Part shown: piece after piece, positions 42,721-53,200 of the stretch | Numbering within the stretch: the first letter of the stretch is position 1 | How the letters are laid out: each line of letters starts with the position of its first letter | NCBI GenBank assembly: GCA_035063765.1 | Contig: JAPSFT010000010.1 | Coordinates: forward strand, 9,660-73,659 | Length of the DNA: 64,000 nt | DNA from: Deltaproteobacteria bacterium | GTDB lineage: Bacteria > Myxococcota_A > UBA9160 > PR03 | Direction: 5' to 3' | The notes under the pieces: model-generated | The model's input: only the letters and a program-made list of their open reading frames with translations | What the model was told of the DNA's origin: nothing | The model's database searches: none | Position numbers and translations under genes: made by a program

Positions 42721-45123
42721 ATGGTTCGCACCTACACCGATCCGCGGCGAGAGACACCCGAGGGCACCGCGCTCTCGGCGGACGAGCTGCGCAGGACGGA
42801 CGCGTACTGGCGCGCCTGCAACTACCTCGCCGCCGGGATGATCTACCTGCGCGACAACCCCCTGCTGCGCGAGCCCCTCCAGCGCGAGCACATCAAGCAG
42901 CGCCTGCTCGGCCACTGGGGGGCGAGCCCGGGCCTCTCCTTCGCCTACGTGCACCTGAACCGGCTGATCCGCAAGTACGACCTCGACGCGATCTTCCTGG
43001 CCGGCCCGGGGCACGGCGCGCCCGGCGTCCTCGCGCCCGTCTACCTCGAGGGGACCTACTCGGAGGTGTTCCCGAACAAGAGCGAGGACCTGGACGGGAT
43101 GCGGGCCTTCCTCGAGGAGTTCTCGTTCCCGGGCGGGATCGGCAGCCACTGCACCCCGGAGACGCCCGGCTCGATCCACGAGGGCGGCGAGCTCGGCTAC
43201 TCGGTGTCGCACGCGTTCGGGGCGGCCTTCGACAACCCCGATCTGCTCGTCGCGGTGGTGGTCGGCGACGGCGAGGCCGAGACCGGGCCGCTGGCCACCT
43301 CGTGGCACTCGACCAAGTTCCTGAACCCGATCCGCGACGGCGCGGTGCTCCCGATCCTCCACCTGAACGGCTACAAGATCAACAACCCGACCCTGCTCGC
43401 CCGCATCTCCCACGACGAGCTGGAGAGCCTGTTCCGGGGCTACGGCTGGAGCCCGCGCTTCGTCGAGGGCCACGAGCCCGAGCGCATGCACCAGGCGATG
43501 GCGGCGACCCTCGAGGAGTGCGTGCTCGAGATCCGCCGCATCCAGGAGGAGGCGCGCGCGAGCGGCAGGGCGCTGCGGGCCCGCTGGCCGATGATCGTGC
43601 TGCGCAGCCCGAAGGGGTGGACCGGCCCGAAGGAGGTGGACGGTCACAAGGTCGAGGGCTCCTGGCGCGCGCACCAGGTCCCGCTCGCAGGCGTCCGGGA
43701 GAACCCCGCGCACTTGAAGCAGCTCGAGGAGTGGCTGCGCAGCTACCGGCCCGAGGAGCTCTTCGACGCGAGCGGGCGGCTGGTCGCCGAGCTGCGCGCG
43801 CTGGCGCCGGCCGGGCGCCGGCGCATGAGCGCCAACCCGCACGCCAACGGCGGCCTGCTGCGCAAGGCGCTGCGCATGCCCGACTTCCGCGACTACGCGA
43901 TCGAGCTCGAGGCGCCCGGCCAGGTGACGGCGGAGAACACCCGCCCGCTCGGGCGCCTGCTGCGCGACGTGATGCGCTCGAACCCGGACACCTTCCGGGT
44001 CTTCGGGCCCGACGAGAACACCTCGAACAAGCTCGACGCGATCTACGAGGTGAGCAAGAAGCTCTGGCTCGCCGACTCCCTGCCCGAGGACGCCGACGGC
44101 GGCGAGCTGGCGCCCGACGGGCGCGTCCTCGAGATGCTCTCCGAGCACACCCTCGAGGGCTGGCTCGAGGGCTACCTGCTGACCGGCCGCCACGGCTTCC
44201 TCTCGACCTACGAGGCCTTCGCCCACGTCATCGACTCGATGTTCAACCAGCACGCGAAGTGGCTCGCCGCCTCGCGCGAGCAGCCGTGGCGCGCGCCGGT
44301 GTCGTCGCTGAACCTGCTGATCACCTCGACGGTCTGGCGCCAGGACCACAACGGCTTCACGCACCAGGACCCGGGCTTCCTCGACGTGGTCGTGAACAAG
44401 AGCCCCGACGTGTGCCGGATCTACCTGCCGCCCGACGTGAACACGCTGCTGTGCATCGCCGACCGCTGCCTGCGCAGCACGAACGAGATCAACGTCATCG
44501 TCGCCGACAAGCAGAAGCACCTCCAGTACATGACGATGGACGAGGCCATCGTGCACTGCGCCAAGGGCGTCAGCATCTGGCGCCAGGCGAGCAACGACGA
44601 GGGCGAGGAGCCCGACGTCGTGATGGCGTGCGCGGGCGACATCCCGACCAAGGAGGCGCTGGCGGCGGTGGTGCTGCTCCGGGAGCACTTCCCCGCGCTC
44701 AAGATCCGCTTCGTCAACGTGGTGGACCTCTACAAGCTGACGCCTTCCAGCGAGCACCCGCACGGCCTCGCGGACCGCGACTTCGACAGCCTCTTCACCG
44801 TGGACCGGCCGATCATCTTCAACTTCCACGGCTATCCCTGGCTGATCCACCGGCTCGCCTACCGGCGCACCAACCACCGGAACCTGCACGTCCGCGGCTA
44901 CAAGGAGAAGGGCAGCATCAACACGCCCCTCGACCTCGCGATCCAGAACCAGATCGACCGCTTCAGCCTCGCGATCGACGTGATCGACCGCGTGCCCGGG
45001 CTCCGGGTCGCCGGCGCGCACGCCAAGGAGGCGCTGCGCAGCATGCAGATCGAATGCCAGAGCTACGCCTACGAGTGGGGCGTCGACAAGCCCGAGCTCG
45101 ACGGGTGGCGGTGGCCCTCCTGA
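42721..45123 (+). CDS. xfp: Xylulose-5-phosphate/fructose-6-phosphate phosphoketolase
   Basis: [75 protein letters not shown]; GGAGGAG RBS. Confidence 0.97.
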   Translation: MVRTYTDPRRETPEGTALSADELRRTDAYWRACNYLAAGMIYLRDNPLLREPLQREHIKQRLLGHWGASPGLSFAYVHLNRLIRKYDLDAIFLAGPGHGAPGVLAPVYLEGTYSEVFPNKSEDLDGMRAFLEEFSFPGGIGSHCTPETPGSIHEGGELGYSVSHAFGAAFDNPDLLVAVVVGDGEAETGPLATSWHSTKFLNPIRDGAVLPILHLNGYKINNPTLLARISHDELESLFRGYGWSPRFVEGHEPERMHQAMAATLEECVLEIRRIQEEARASGRALRARWPMIVLRSPKGWTGPKEVDGHKVEGSWRAHQVPLAGVRENPAHLKQLEEWLRSYRPEELFDASGRLVAELRALAPAGRRRMSANPHANGGLLRKALRMPDFRDYAIELEAPGQVTAENTRPLGRLLRDVMRSNPDTFRVFGPDENTSNKLDAIYEVSKKLWLADSLPEDADGGELAPDGRVLEMLSEHTLEGWLEGYLLTGRHGFLSTYEAFAHVIDSMFNQHAKWLAASREQPWRAPVSSLNLLITSTVWRQDHNGFTHQDPGFLDVVVNKSPDVCRIYLPPDVNTLLCIADRCLRSTNEINVIVADKQKHLQYMTMDEAIVHCAKGVSIWRQASNDEGEEPDVVMACAGDIPTKEALAAVVLLREHFPALKIRFVNVVDLYKLTPSSEHPHGLADRDFDSLFTVDRPIIFNFHGYPWLIHRLAYRRTNHRNLHVRGYKEKGSINTPLDLAIQNQIDRFSLAIDVIDRVPGLRVAGAHAKEALRSMQIECQSYAYEWGVDKPELDGWRWPS

Positions 45124-45152
45124 AGCTCGCGGCCGGGCGCCGGCCGGGGGGC

Positions 45153-45158
45153 TAGGCT
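45153..45158 (+). promoter_or_regulatory. Candidate -10 hexamer (TAGGCT) upstream of the ABC-GH94-discoidin trio
   Basis: TAnnnT in the 66-bp gap after xfp, followed by an AAGGGGA RBS before ATG 45190. Confidence 0.35.
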
Positions 45159-45189
45159 CCGGCGCGCTTCGTCGCCGGGGAAGGGGACG

Positions 45190-46896
45190 ATGGAAGGCCG
45201 CCGGATCCCGCTCGATCGACTCACCTGGCAGCGCTGGCGCCGCGCGACCTGGAGGTTCGTCAGGTCGGAGGTCGGGGGGCGGGCCCGGGCCCTGTTCCTG
45301 GCGCTCCTCGCGCTGTTGGTCGCGATCAACGGCCTGAACGTGGTGAACAGCTACGTCGGCCGCGACTTCATGACCGCGATCGAGGCGCGCAGCAAGTCGG
45401 GCTTCCTGTTCGAGGCCCTGCTCTACGTCGGCGTCTTCGCGGCGTCCACGGTGGCCGCGGTGATCTACAGCTTCTGCGAGCAGCGGCTGGGCCTGCTGTG
45501 GCGCGCCTGGCTCACGCGGGGGCTGATCGAGCGCTACCTGCACGACGACACCTACTACTGGCTGCGCGAGCACGACGAGCTTCCGAATCCGGACCAGCGG
45601 ATCGCCGAGGACGTCCGGACCTTCACGGCCACCACGCTCTCGCTCCTGCTGATCCTGCTCAACGCGACCTTCACGATCGTCGCCTTCTCCGGCGTCCTGT
45701 GGTCGATCAGCCCGCTGCTCTTCGGCACGGCGGTGGCGTACGCCGCGCTCGGCTCGGGGCTCACGGTCCTGTTCGGGAGGCCCCTGATCTGGCTCAACTA
45801 CCAGCAGTCCGACCGCGAGGCGGACCTGCGCGCGAGCCTCGTCCACGTGCGCGAGAACGCCGAGTCGGTGGCGCTCCTGCACCGCGAGGGCCGGCTCGGC
45901 GCGCGCCTGGGGAAGCGGGTCGACGCGCTGGTCGCCAACACGAGGCGGATCATCGCGGTGAACCGCAACCTCGGCTTCTTCACGACGGGCTACAACTACC
46001 TGATCCAGATCATCCCGGTCCTGATCGTGGCGCCGCTCTTCATCGGGGGACACGTCGAGTTCGGGGTGATCACCCAGTCCTCGATGGCCTTCTCGACCCT
46101 GATCGGCGCCTTCTCGCTGATCGTCACGCAGTTCCAGCAGATCTCGTCGTACGCCGTCGTGCTGGCGCGCCTCGGGGTCTTCGCCGAGAGCGTCGAGGAG
46201 GTGGCCGCCGACGGCGCCCGGGGCATCGTGCACGACGACGGCGGGGACGGGATCGCCTGGCAGGAGCTCACGCTGCGCTCGCCGCACGACGGGACGGTGC
46301 TGCTCGCCGGGCTGTCGGCCTCGGTGCGCTCCGGCACCCGCGTGCTCGTCACGGGGCCGAACGAGGCCGCGCGCTTCGCCCTGTTCCGGGCGACGGCCAG
46401 GCTCTGGAACGCGGGCGAGGGGCGCATCGTGCGGCCGCCGCCGGGCACGATCCTGTTCGTGCCCGAGCGGCCCTATCTGCCGCCGGGAACCCTGCGCGAG
46501 GCGCTGGTGCAGACCGGGCAGGAGCAGGCGATCTCCGACGCGCGCATCGCCGAGGTGCTGCGGGCGCTCGGGGTCGACGGGGTGTTCGCCCGGAGCGGAG
46601 GGCTCGACGCCGAGCAGGACTGGGACGACCTGCTGTCGCTCGGCGAGCAGCAGCTCCTCGGCTTCGCGAGGATCGTGCTGGCGAAGCCGCGCTTCGCGGT
46701 CCTCGATCGCCCCGCGACCCTGCTGCCGCGCGAGCTCGTGGAGCGTACCTGCGCGCTGCTCGCGGAGTCGGCGATCACCGTCGTCACCTTCGAGCGCGAC
46801 GCGGCGCTCGCCGCGCACCACGATGCCCAGCTCGAGATCGGCGAGGGCGGCCGCTGGGTCTGGCGGCCCCTCGCCCAGGCGAGCCGCAGCGCATGA
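45190..46896 (+). CDS. BacA/YddA (ABCD-like) half-transporter with catalytically degenerate nucleotide-binding domain
   Basis: TMD motifs WRAWLT, NPDQRIAEDV, READLR, RENAESVA, GFFTTGYNY; NBD retains LSLGEQQ but has GPNEAARF (Walker A), PERPYLP (Q-loop), AVLDRP (Walker B) and VTFERD (H-loop). Confidence 0.88.
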   Translation: MEGRRIPLDRLTWQRWRRATWRFVRSEVGGRARALFLALLALLVAINGLNVVNSYVGRDFMTAIEARSKSGFLFEALLYVGVFAASTVAAVIYSFCEQRLGLLWRAWLTRGLIERYLHDDTYYWLREHDELPNPDQRIAEDVRTFTATTLSLLLILLNATFTIVAFSGVLWSISPLLFGTAVAYAALGSGLTVLFGRPLIWLNYQQSDREADLRASLVHVRENAESVALLHREGRLGARLGKRVDALVANTRRIIAVNRNLGFFTTGYNYLIQIIPVLIVAPLFIGGHVEFGVITQSSMAFSTLIGAFSLIVTQFQQISSYAVVLARLGVFAESVEEVAADGARGIVHDDGGDGIAWQELTLRSPHDGTVLLAGLSASVRSGTRVLVTGPNEAARFALFRATARLWNAGEGRIVRPPPGTILFVPERPYLPPGTLREALVQTGQEQAISDARIAEVLRALGVDGVFARSGGLDAEQDWDDLLSLGEQQLLGFARIVLAKPRFAVLDRPATLLPRELVERTCALLAESAITVVTFERDAALAAHHDAQLEIGEGGRWVWRPLAQASRSA

Positions 46897-49800
46897 GCAC
46901 GCCCGGCCCGGTCCGGATCGCGAGCCCCTCCGGGCTCGTGGCGGAGGTCCACGCGAACGGCTCGCTCCGGCGCATCGACCACCGCGACGTGATCGTGAAC
47001 CTGTTCCCCGGCAACGCGCTCGAGGGCGGGCCCGCGAACCTGTTCCTGCGCCGCCGGGACGAGGCCGGTGCCTGGACGCCGCTCCTCGGGCCCCGCAGCC
47101 CCGGCCGGGTCCGGCTCGACGAGCGCGGGCTCGAGGTCACGGGCGAGTGGTCGGGCCTGCGCTTCCGGGTGGCGCTCGTGCTCGCCGGGTCGGCGCCGGC
47201 CTGGTTCTGGCACGTGGCGCTCGAGAACGCGGGAGCCACGGTGGCGACGATCGACCTCGTGCACGTGCAGGATCTGGCGCTCGCGGACTACGGGGCCGTG
47301 CGGCTCAACGAGTACTACGTGAGCCAGTACGTCGACTACACGCCGCTCGACCACCCCGGGCACGGCGTGGTCCTGGCGGTGCGGCAGAACCTCGCGATCG
47401 GGGGGCGCCACCCCTGGCTCGTGACCGGCTCGCTGGCCCGGGCGGCGAGCTTCTGCACGGACGCGATCCAGCTCCACGGTCTCTCGACCCGCGCAGGGGA
47501 CGCGCCGGCAGCTCTCGCCGGCGCCGGCCTTCCGGGCGTGCGCCACCAGCACGAGCACTCGCTCGCGGGGATCCAGGACGAGCCGCTGCGCCTCGCCCCC
47601 GGCGCGCGCGCGACGCTCGGCTTCTTCGCCTGGCTCGAGCCGGACCACCCGGACGCGAGCTCGGCCGGCGATCTCGCGTTCGCCGACCGCGCGCTGGCGC
47701 TCCCGGAGGCCGCGCCCCCCGGCGAGCGCACGGCACCCTCCGCCGCGCCACCCGCCGTCACCCTCTTCAGCGAGCAGCCCGTGCTCGCGGTGCACGACCT
47801 CGAGCCTGCCGCGCTCGCCGCCCGTTGCGGGAGCGAGCGCCGTGCGGTCGAGGAGGACGGCGGCCGCCTGCTGTCGTTCTTCACGGGCGGCGGCGCGCAC
47901 GTCGTCCTGCCGGCCAAGGAGCGCGCGAGCCTGCGCCCGCACGGGCAGATCCTGCGCACCGGCGAGCGGCTCGAGCCCGACGAGGCCTCGCTCACGACCA
48001 CGGTCTGGATGGGCGGCGTCTTCCACTCCATGGTGACGCAGGGCCACGTCAGCATCGGACGCCTGCTCTCGACGACCCACTCGTACCTCGGCCTGTTCCG
48101 CTCGCACGGACAACGGATCTTCGTCGACGCGGGCGAGGGCTGGCGGCTGCTCGGGGTGCCGTCGGCCTTCGCGATGACCCCGAGCAGCGCCACCTGGTGG
48201 TACCAGCACGCGGCGGGCCTGCTCGAGGTCCGGAGCTGGGCGCCGACCGACCGCCACGAGCTGTGGCTGGCCGCACGCGTCCTGGCGGGATCCCCCTGCC
48301 GCTTCCTGGTCTCCCACCACCTCGCGGTGAACGGCGACGACGGCGCCGACGCCGTCGCCGCGCGCTGGACGCGCGACGCGCAGGGCGTGGCGATCGCCCT
48401 GCTGCCGGACACGGACCTCGGCCGCCGTTTCCCTGGTGGTGGCTTCCGCATCGACCCGACACCGGACACGCCGATCGATCGCATCGGCGGCGACGAGCTG
48501 CTCTTCGCCGACGGCCGCTCGCGTGGACAGCCCTTCCTCACGCTGGTGACGGCGCCGGCCGCGTCCCTGGCCCTGCGCATCACCGGGCAGCTCGTGATGC
48601 CGGTGCCGCCCGGAGCGGTCGAGGAGCGCCACGCGGCCGACGCGGCGCAGGCCGGGCGCTTCTGGCGCGACCTGACGGGCGGGCTCACGCTCGAGGCGCC
48701 GGCGCCCGCCGAGAGCGAGCGGCTCGAAGCCGTCCTGCCCTGGCTCGCGCACGACGCGTGGATCCACCACCTGGCTCCCCGTGGCCTCGAGCAGTACTCG
48801 GGCGGGGGCTGGGGCACGCGCGACGTGTGCCAGGGGCCCGTCGAGCTGCTGCTCGGGCTCGGGCGCGTGGAGCCGGTGCGCGCGCTGCTCCGCACCGTCT
48901 TCCGCAACCAGGACCCGGACGGCGACTGGCCGCAGTGGTTCATGTTCTTCGAGCGCGAGCGCTCGATCCGCCCCGGGGACTCGCACGGCGACATCGTCTT
49001 CTGGCCGCTCCTGGCGCTCGCCAGGTACCTGCTGGCCTCGGAGGACGCGGCGCTGCTCGACGAGGAGCTGCCCTTCTTCCACCCGGAGGGGGAGGCCCGC
49101 GCCGAGCGCGCGACCCTGCTCGGCCACGTCGAGCGCGCGCTCGCGCTGATCGAGCGGCGCGTGATCCCGGGCACGCGGCTCGCGGCCTACGGTCACGGCG
49201 ACTGGAACGACTCGCTCCAGCCGGCCGATCCCGCGCTCGCCGAGCAGCTCTGCAGCGCCTGGACGGTGACGCTCCACCACCAGACCCTCGCCACCCTCGC
49301 CGAGGCGCTGCGCAGCGTGGACCGGAGTGCGCTCGCCGCCCCGCTCGAGGCCTCCCTCGGCCCGATCCGCGACGACTTCCAGCGGCTCCTGGTCGCGGAC
49401 GGGGTCGTCGCCGGCTTCGCGCGCTTCCGCCCCGACGGGGCCGTCGAGCACTGGATCCACCCGCGCGACCGGGAGGGCGACGTCCACTACAGCCTGCTCC
49501 CGATGGTCCACGCGATCCTGGCCGGGCTCTTCACCCCCGAGCAGGCAGCCCGACACGGAGCGGTGATCCGCCGCCACCTGCTCGCCGCCGACGGCGCGCG
49601 GCTCTTCGACCGGCCGTTCCCGTACCGGGGCGGCACCCAGCGCCGCTTCCAGCGCGCCGAGACCAGCACCTTCTTCGGCCGCGAGATCGGCATCATGTAC
49701 ACGCATGCGCACCTGCGCTACGCGGAGGCGATGGCGCACCTGGGCGACGCCGAGGCCTTCCACCTCGCGCTGCGTCAGGCCCTGTCCGCCGGCCTGCGCG

Positions 49801-50276
49801 AGGTCGTGCCGAGCGCGCGGCTGCGCCAGGCCAACTGCTACACGTCGAGCTCGGACGCGGACTTCCCCGATCGCTACGCCGCCTCGGCGGGCTACGACGC
49901 GGTCCGGACCGGCGCCGTGGCCGTCGAAGGGGGCTGGCGGGTGTACTCGAGCGGCGCCGGGATCGCGGTGAGCCTGCTCCGCCAGCGCCTCCTCGGCCTG
50001 CGCCTGCGGCGCTCCGGGGTGGTCTTCGATCCCGTACTCGCGCGGGCGCTCGACGGGCTGTGCGCGGGCGTCGAGCTCTTCGGGCAGTCCGTGCGCGTGC
50101 GCTATCAGGTGGGCGCGCGCGGCTACGGGCCGGTGCGGCTCACCTGGAACGGATCTCCACTTCGCTTCGCACGGGAAGCCAATCCCTACCGCGAGGGCGG
50201 CGCCGTCGTCGCCGCCGAGGAGCTGCGCGAGCGCCTGCGGAGCGGAGCCGGCGAGCTCACGATCGAGCTCGGATGA
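46893..50276 (+). CDS. GH94 glycoside phosphorylase, 1,2-beta-oligoglucan phosphorylase-like
   Basis: GLEQYSGGGWGTRDVCQGP, SHGDIVFWPL, YGHGDWNDSLQP (GH94 catalytic motif), EIGIMYTHAHLRY, QANCYTSSSD, GWRVYSSG; about 1127 aa; no signal peptide; ATGA overlap with the transporter. Confidence 0.85.
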   Translation: MSTPGPVRIASPSGLVAEVHANGSLRRIDHRDVIVNLFPGNALEGGPANLFLRRRDEAGAWTPLLGPRSPGRVRLDERGLEVTGEWSGLRFRVALVLAGSAPAWFWHVALENAGATVATIDLVHVQDLALADYGAVRLNEYYVSQYVDYTPLDHPGHGVVLAVRQNLAIGGRHPWLVTGSLARAASFCTDAIQLHGLSTRAGDAPAALAGAGLPGVRHQHEHSLAGIQDEPLRLAPGARATLGFFAWLEPDHPDASSAGDLAFADRALALPEAAPPGERTAPSAAPPAVTLFSEQPVLAVHDLEPAALAARCGSERRAVEEDGGRLLSFFTGGGAHVVLPAKERASLRPHGQILRTGERLEPDEASLTTTVWMGGVFHSMVTQGHVSIGRLLSTTHSYLGLFRSHGQRIFVDAGEGWRLLGVPSAFAMTPSSATWWYQHAAGLLEVRSWAPTDRHELWLAARVLAGSPCRFLVSHHLAVNGDDGADAVAARWTRDAQGVAIALLPDTDLGRRFPGGGFRIDPTPDTPIDRIGGDELLFADGRSRGQPFLTLVTAPAASLALRITGQLVMPVPPGAVEERHAADAAQAGRFWRDLTGGLTLEAPAPAESERLEAVLPWLAHDAWIHHLAPRGLEQYSGGGWGTRDVCQGPVELLLGLGRVEPVRALLRTVFRNQDPDGDWPQWFMFFERERSIRPGDSHGDIVFWPLLALARYLLASEDAALLDEELPFFHPEGEARAERATLLGHVERALALIERRVIPGTRLAAYGHGDWNDSLQPADPALAEQLCSAWTVTLHHQTLATLAEALRSVDRSALAAPLEASLGPIRDDFQRLLVADGVVAGFARFRPDGAVEHWIHPRDREGDVHYSLLPMVHAILAGLFTPEQAARHGAVIRRHLLAADGARLFDRPFPYRGGTQRRFQRAETSTFFGREIGIMYTHAHLRYAEAMAHLGDAEAFHLALRQALSAGLREVVPSARLRQANCYTSSSDADFPDRYAASAGYDAVRTGAVAVEGGWRVYSSGAGIAVSLLRQRLLGLRLRRSGVVFDPVLARALDGLCAGVELFGQSVRVRYQVGARGYGPVRLTWNGSPLRFAREANPYREGGAVVAAEELRERLRSGAGELTIELG

Positions 50277-53200
50277 CGGACGCGCTCCTCGACGACTTCC
50301 GCGACGTCTCCGCGTGGAGCGCCGTGGCCTCGGGCGAGGCGCAGCTCGCGATCACGAGCGGCGCGGGCCCGGACGGCGGCGCGGCGATGCGCCTCGACTA
50401 CGACTTCCGCGGCGGCGGCGGCTTCGTCGTGGCACGCAGGAGCCTTCCGCTCGCGCTGCCGAGCGCGTGGGCGCTCGCCCTGCGCGTGCGCGGCGCCGCG
50501 CCGGCCAACAAGCTCGAGATCAAGCTCGCCGATCCCAGCAACCGCAACGTCTGGTGGTGGCACCGGGACGCCTTCGAGCTCCCCGCCGAGTGGACGCCGC
50601 TGCGCATCCGCAGCAGCGAGGTCGCGTTTGCCTGGGGACCTGCGGGCGGGGGGGTGCTGCGCGAGCTCGGCGCGCTCGAGATCGCGATCGCCGCCGGGCC
50701 GGGCGGCCGCGGATCGCTCTGGATCGCCGACCTGCGCTTCGAGGACCGCTCGCTCGCCGGGCCGCCGCGCGCGACGGCTTCGAGTGCCGCACCCGGCCGC
50801 GATCCGGAGTGCGCGCTCGCCGCCGGGGGAAGCGGCTGGCGCAGCGCGCCCGGCGCCGGCGGCACGCAGTGGCTCGCGCTCGACTTCGGCCGCGAGCACG
50901 AGTACGGCGGGCTCGTGGTGGACTGGGCCGAGGAGGGTGCCCCGCGTGCCTTCGAGGTGCAGGCGTCCGGCGACGGCGCCTCCTGGGCGACGCTCTGGTC
51001 GGCGCGCCAGGCGGAGGGCGAGCGCAGCTACGTGTACCTGCCGGGCGGCTCCTCGCGCCATCTGCGGCTCCACCTGCTCGAGCCCGCCGCGGGCGCCGGC
51101 GGCTTCGCGATCCGCTCCCTCGAGGTGCAGCCCTTCGAGTTCTCCCGCTCGCTCGCCGAGTTCTTCCATGCCGTCGCGGCCCGCGAGCCGCGCGGCCGGC
51201 ATCCGCGCTGGCTGCACCGCGAGCAGTCGTACTGGACGCCGGCCGGGGTCGCCGGCGGGACGACGGCGGCGATCCTGAACGAGGAGGGCCTGCTCGAGCC
51301 CGACCGCGGCAGCTTCACGCTCGAGCCCTTCCTGTTCGCCGGGGGCACGCTCGGCACCTGGGCGGACGCGGCGATCGACCTCACCCTGGCGCGGGGCTGG
51401 CTGCCGATCCCGTCGGTGACCTGGCGCTGGCGCGGCTGGTCGCTCGAGACGACGGCCTTCGCGGTGGCGGAAGCCTCCGGCGCCGCGGCGCGCGTGCGCT
51501 ACCGGCTCGTGAACGAGGCGGCGGACACGCCGCGGGTGCGGCTCTTCGTGGCGCTGCGACCGTTCCAGGTCTCGCCGCCCTGGCAGTCGTTCCAGGGGAT
51601 CGGCGGGACGGCGCCGATCCGCACGCTCGCGTGGCGCGACGGGGCCGTCGAGGTGGACGGCATCGCGCGCGTGTGGCCGCTCGGGACACCCACGGGCTTC
51701 GGCGCCGCGGCCTTCGAGCAGGGCGGCGTCCTGCGCGCGCTCGCGCGCGGCGAGCTGCCCGCGCGCGCGGAGGTCGCCGACCCCTTCGCGCACGCCTCCG
51801 GCGCGCTGCTCTTCGAGCTCGAGCTCGCGCCGGGCGCGGCGGGCGAGATCGAGCTCGCGGTGCCCTTCGTCGAGCGCGAGCCGCTCGGGCCGGTGGCGCT
51901 CGGGTCGGAGCCCGCCGGCACGCTGCGGGAGGTCACGGAGGCCTGGGGCGAGGCCCTCGGGCGCGTCCGGATCGCGCTGGCCGCCGACGCGGGCTGCGTG
52001 GACGCGCTGCGCACCGCCGCCGGCCACGTGCTGGCGGTGCGCGACGGCCCGGCGCTCCAGCCCGGCCCGCGCCGCTACACCCGCTCGTGGATCCGCGACG
52101 GCGCCACCATGTCGGCTGCGCTGCTGCGGATCGGCTGCGCCGGCCCGGTGCGCGACTTCCTCGCGTGGTACGCGCCGCACCAGGCCGCGGACGGCAACGT
52201 CCCCTGCGCGGTGGACCGCAGCGGTCCCGACTGGCTGCCCGAGCACGACAGCCACGGCCAGCTCGTGTTCACGCTCGTCGAGTACGCCCGCTTCACCGGC
52301 GATCTCGCGTTCGCGCGCCGCCTGTGGCCTGCGGCGCAGCGGGCGGTCGCCTACCTCGAGGGGCTGCGGGCGCAGCGCTGCACGCCGGAGTACCGGGCGC
52401 CCGAGCAGCGGGCCCGCTTCGGGATCCTGCCGGAGTCCGCGAGCCACGAGGGCTATCTCGCGCAGCCGGTCCACTCCTACTGGGACGACTTCTGGGCCCT
52501 GCGCGGGATCGGTGACGCGGCCGACCTCGCGCGCGCGCTCGGCGAGGAGGCGGAAGCCCTCCGGCTCGCAGCGCTGCGCGATGCGCTGCACGCGTCGCTC
52601 TACGCCTCGATCGAGGCGACGATCGAGGAGCGCGGCCTCGCCTACGTCCCCGGCTCGGTCGAATGGGCCGACTTCGACCCGGCCGCCACGGCCACCGCGC
52701 TCACGACCACCGACGCCGCCGAGCGCCTGCCGCCGGGCGTGCTGGCCGCCACCTACGACGAGTACCTGGCCGGCCTGCGCCGCCGGCGCCGCGGCGAGAT
52801 CGAGTGGAACAACTACAGCGCCTACGAGATCCGCATCCTGGGGGCGCTCGTCCGGCTCGGCCGGCGCGCCGACGCGCACGAGCTGCTCGCCTTCTTCCTC
52901 GGCGACCGCCGCCCCCGCGCCTGGAACCAGTGGCCCGAGATCTCCTGGCGCGACCCGAGAAGCCCCGGCCACCTGGGCGACGTCCCCCATGCCTGGATCG
53001 GCGCCGAGTACGTGCTGGCCCTGCTCGCGATGTTCGCCTACGAGCGCCCCGCGGACGGCGCGCTGGTCGTCGCCGCCGGCGTCTCGGACGCCTGGCTCGA
53101 CGCCGGCGAGGTGGCGGTTGCGGGCCTGCCCACCTGGTGGGGATCCCTGTCCTACACGCTGCGGCGGAGCGGGCCGGGCGCCCTGCGCCTCGAGCTCGGC

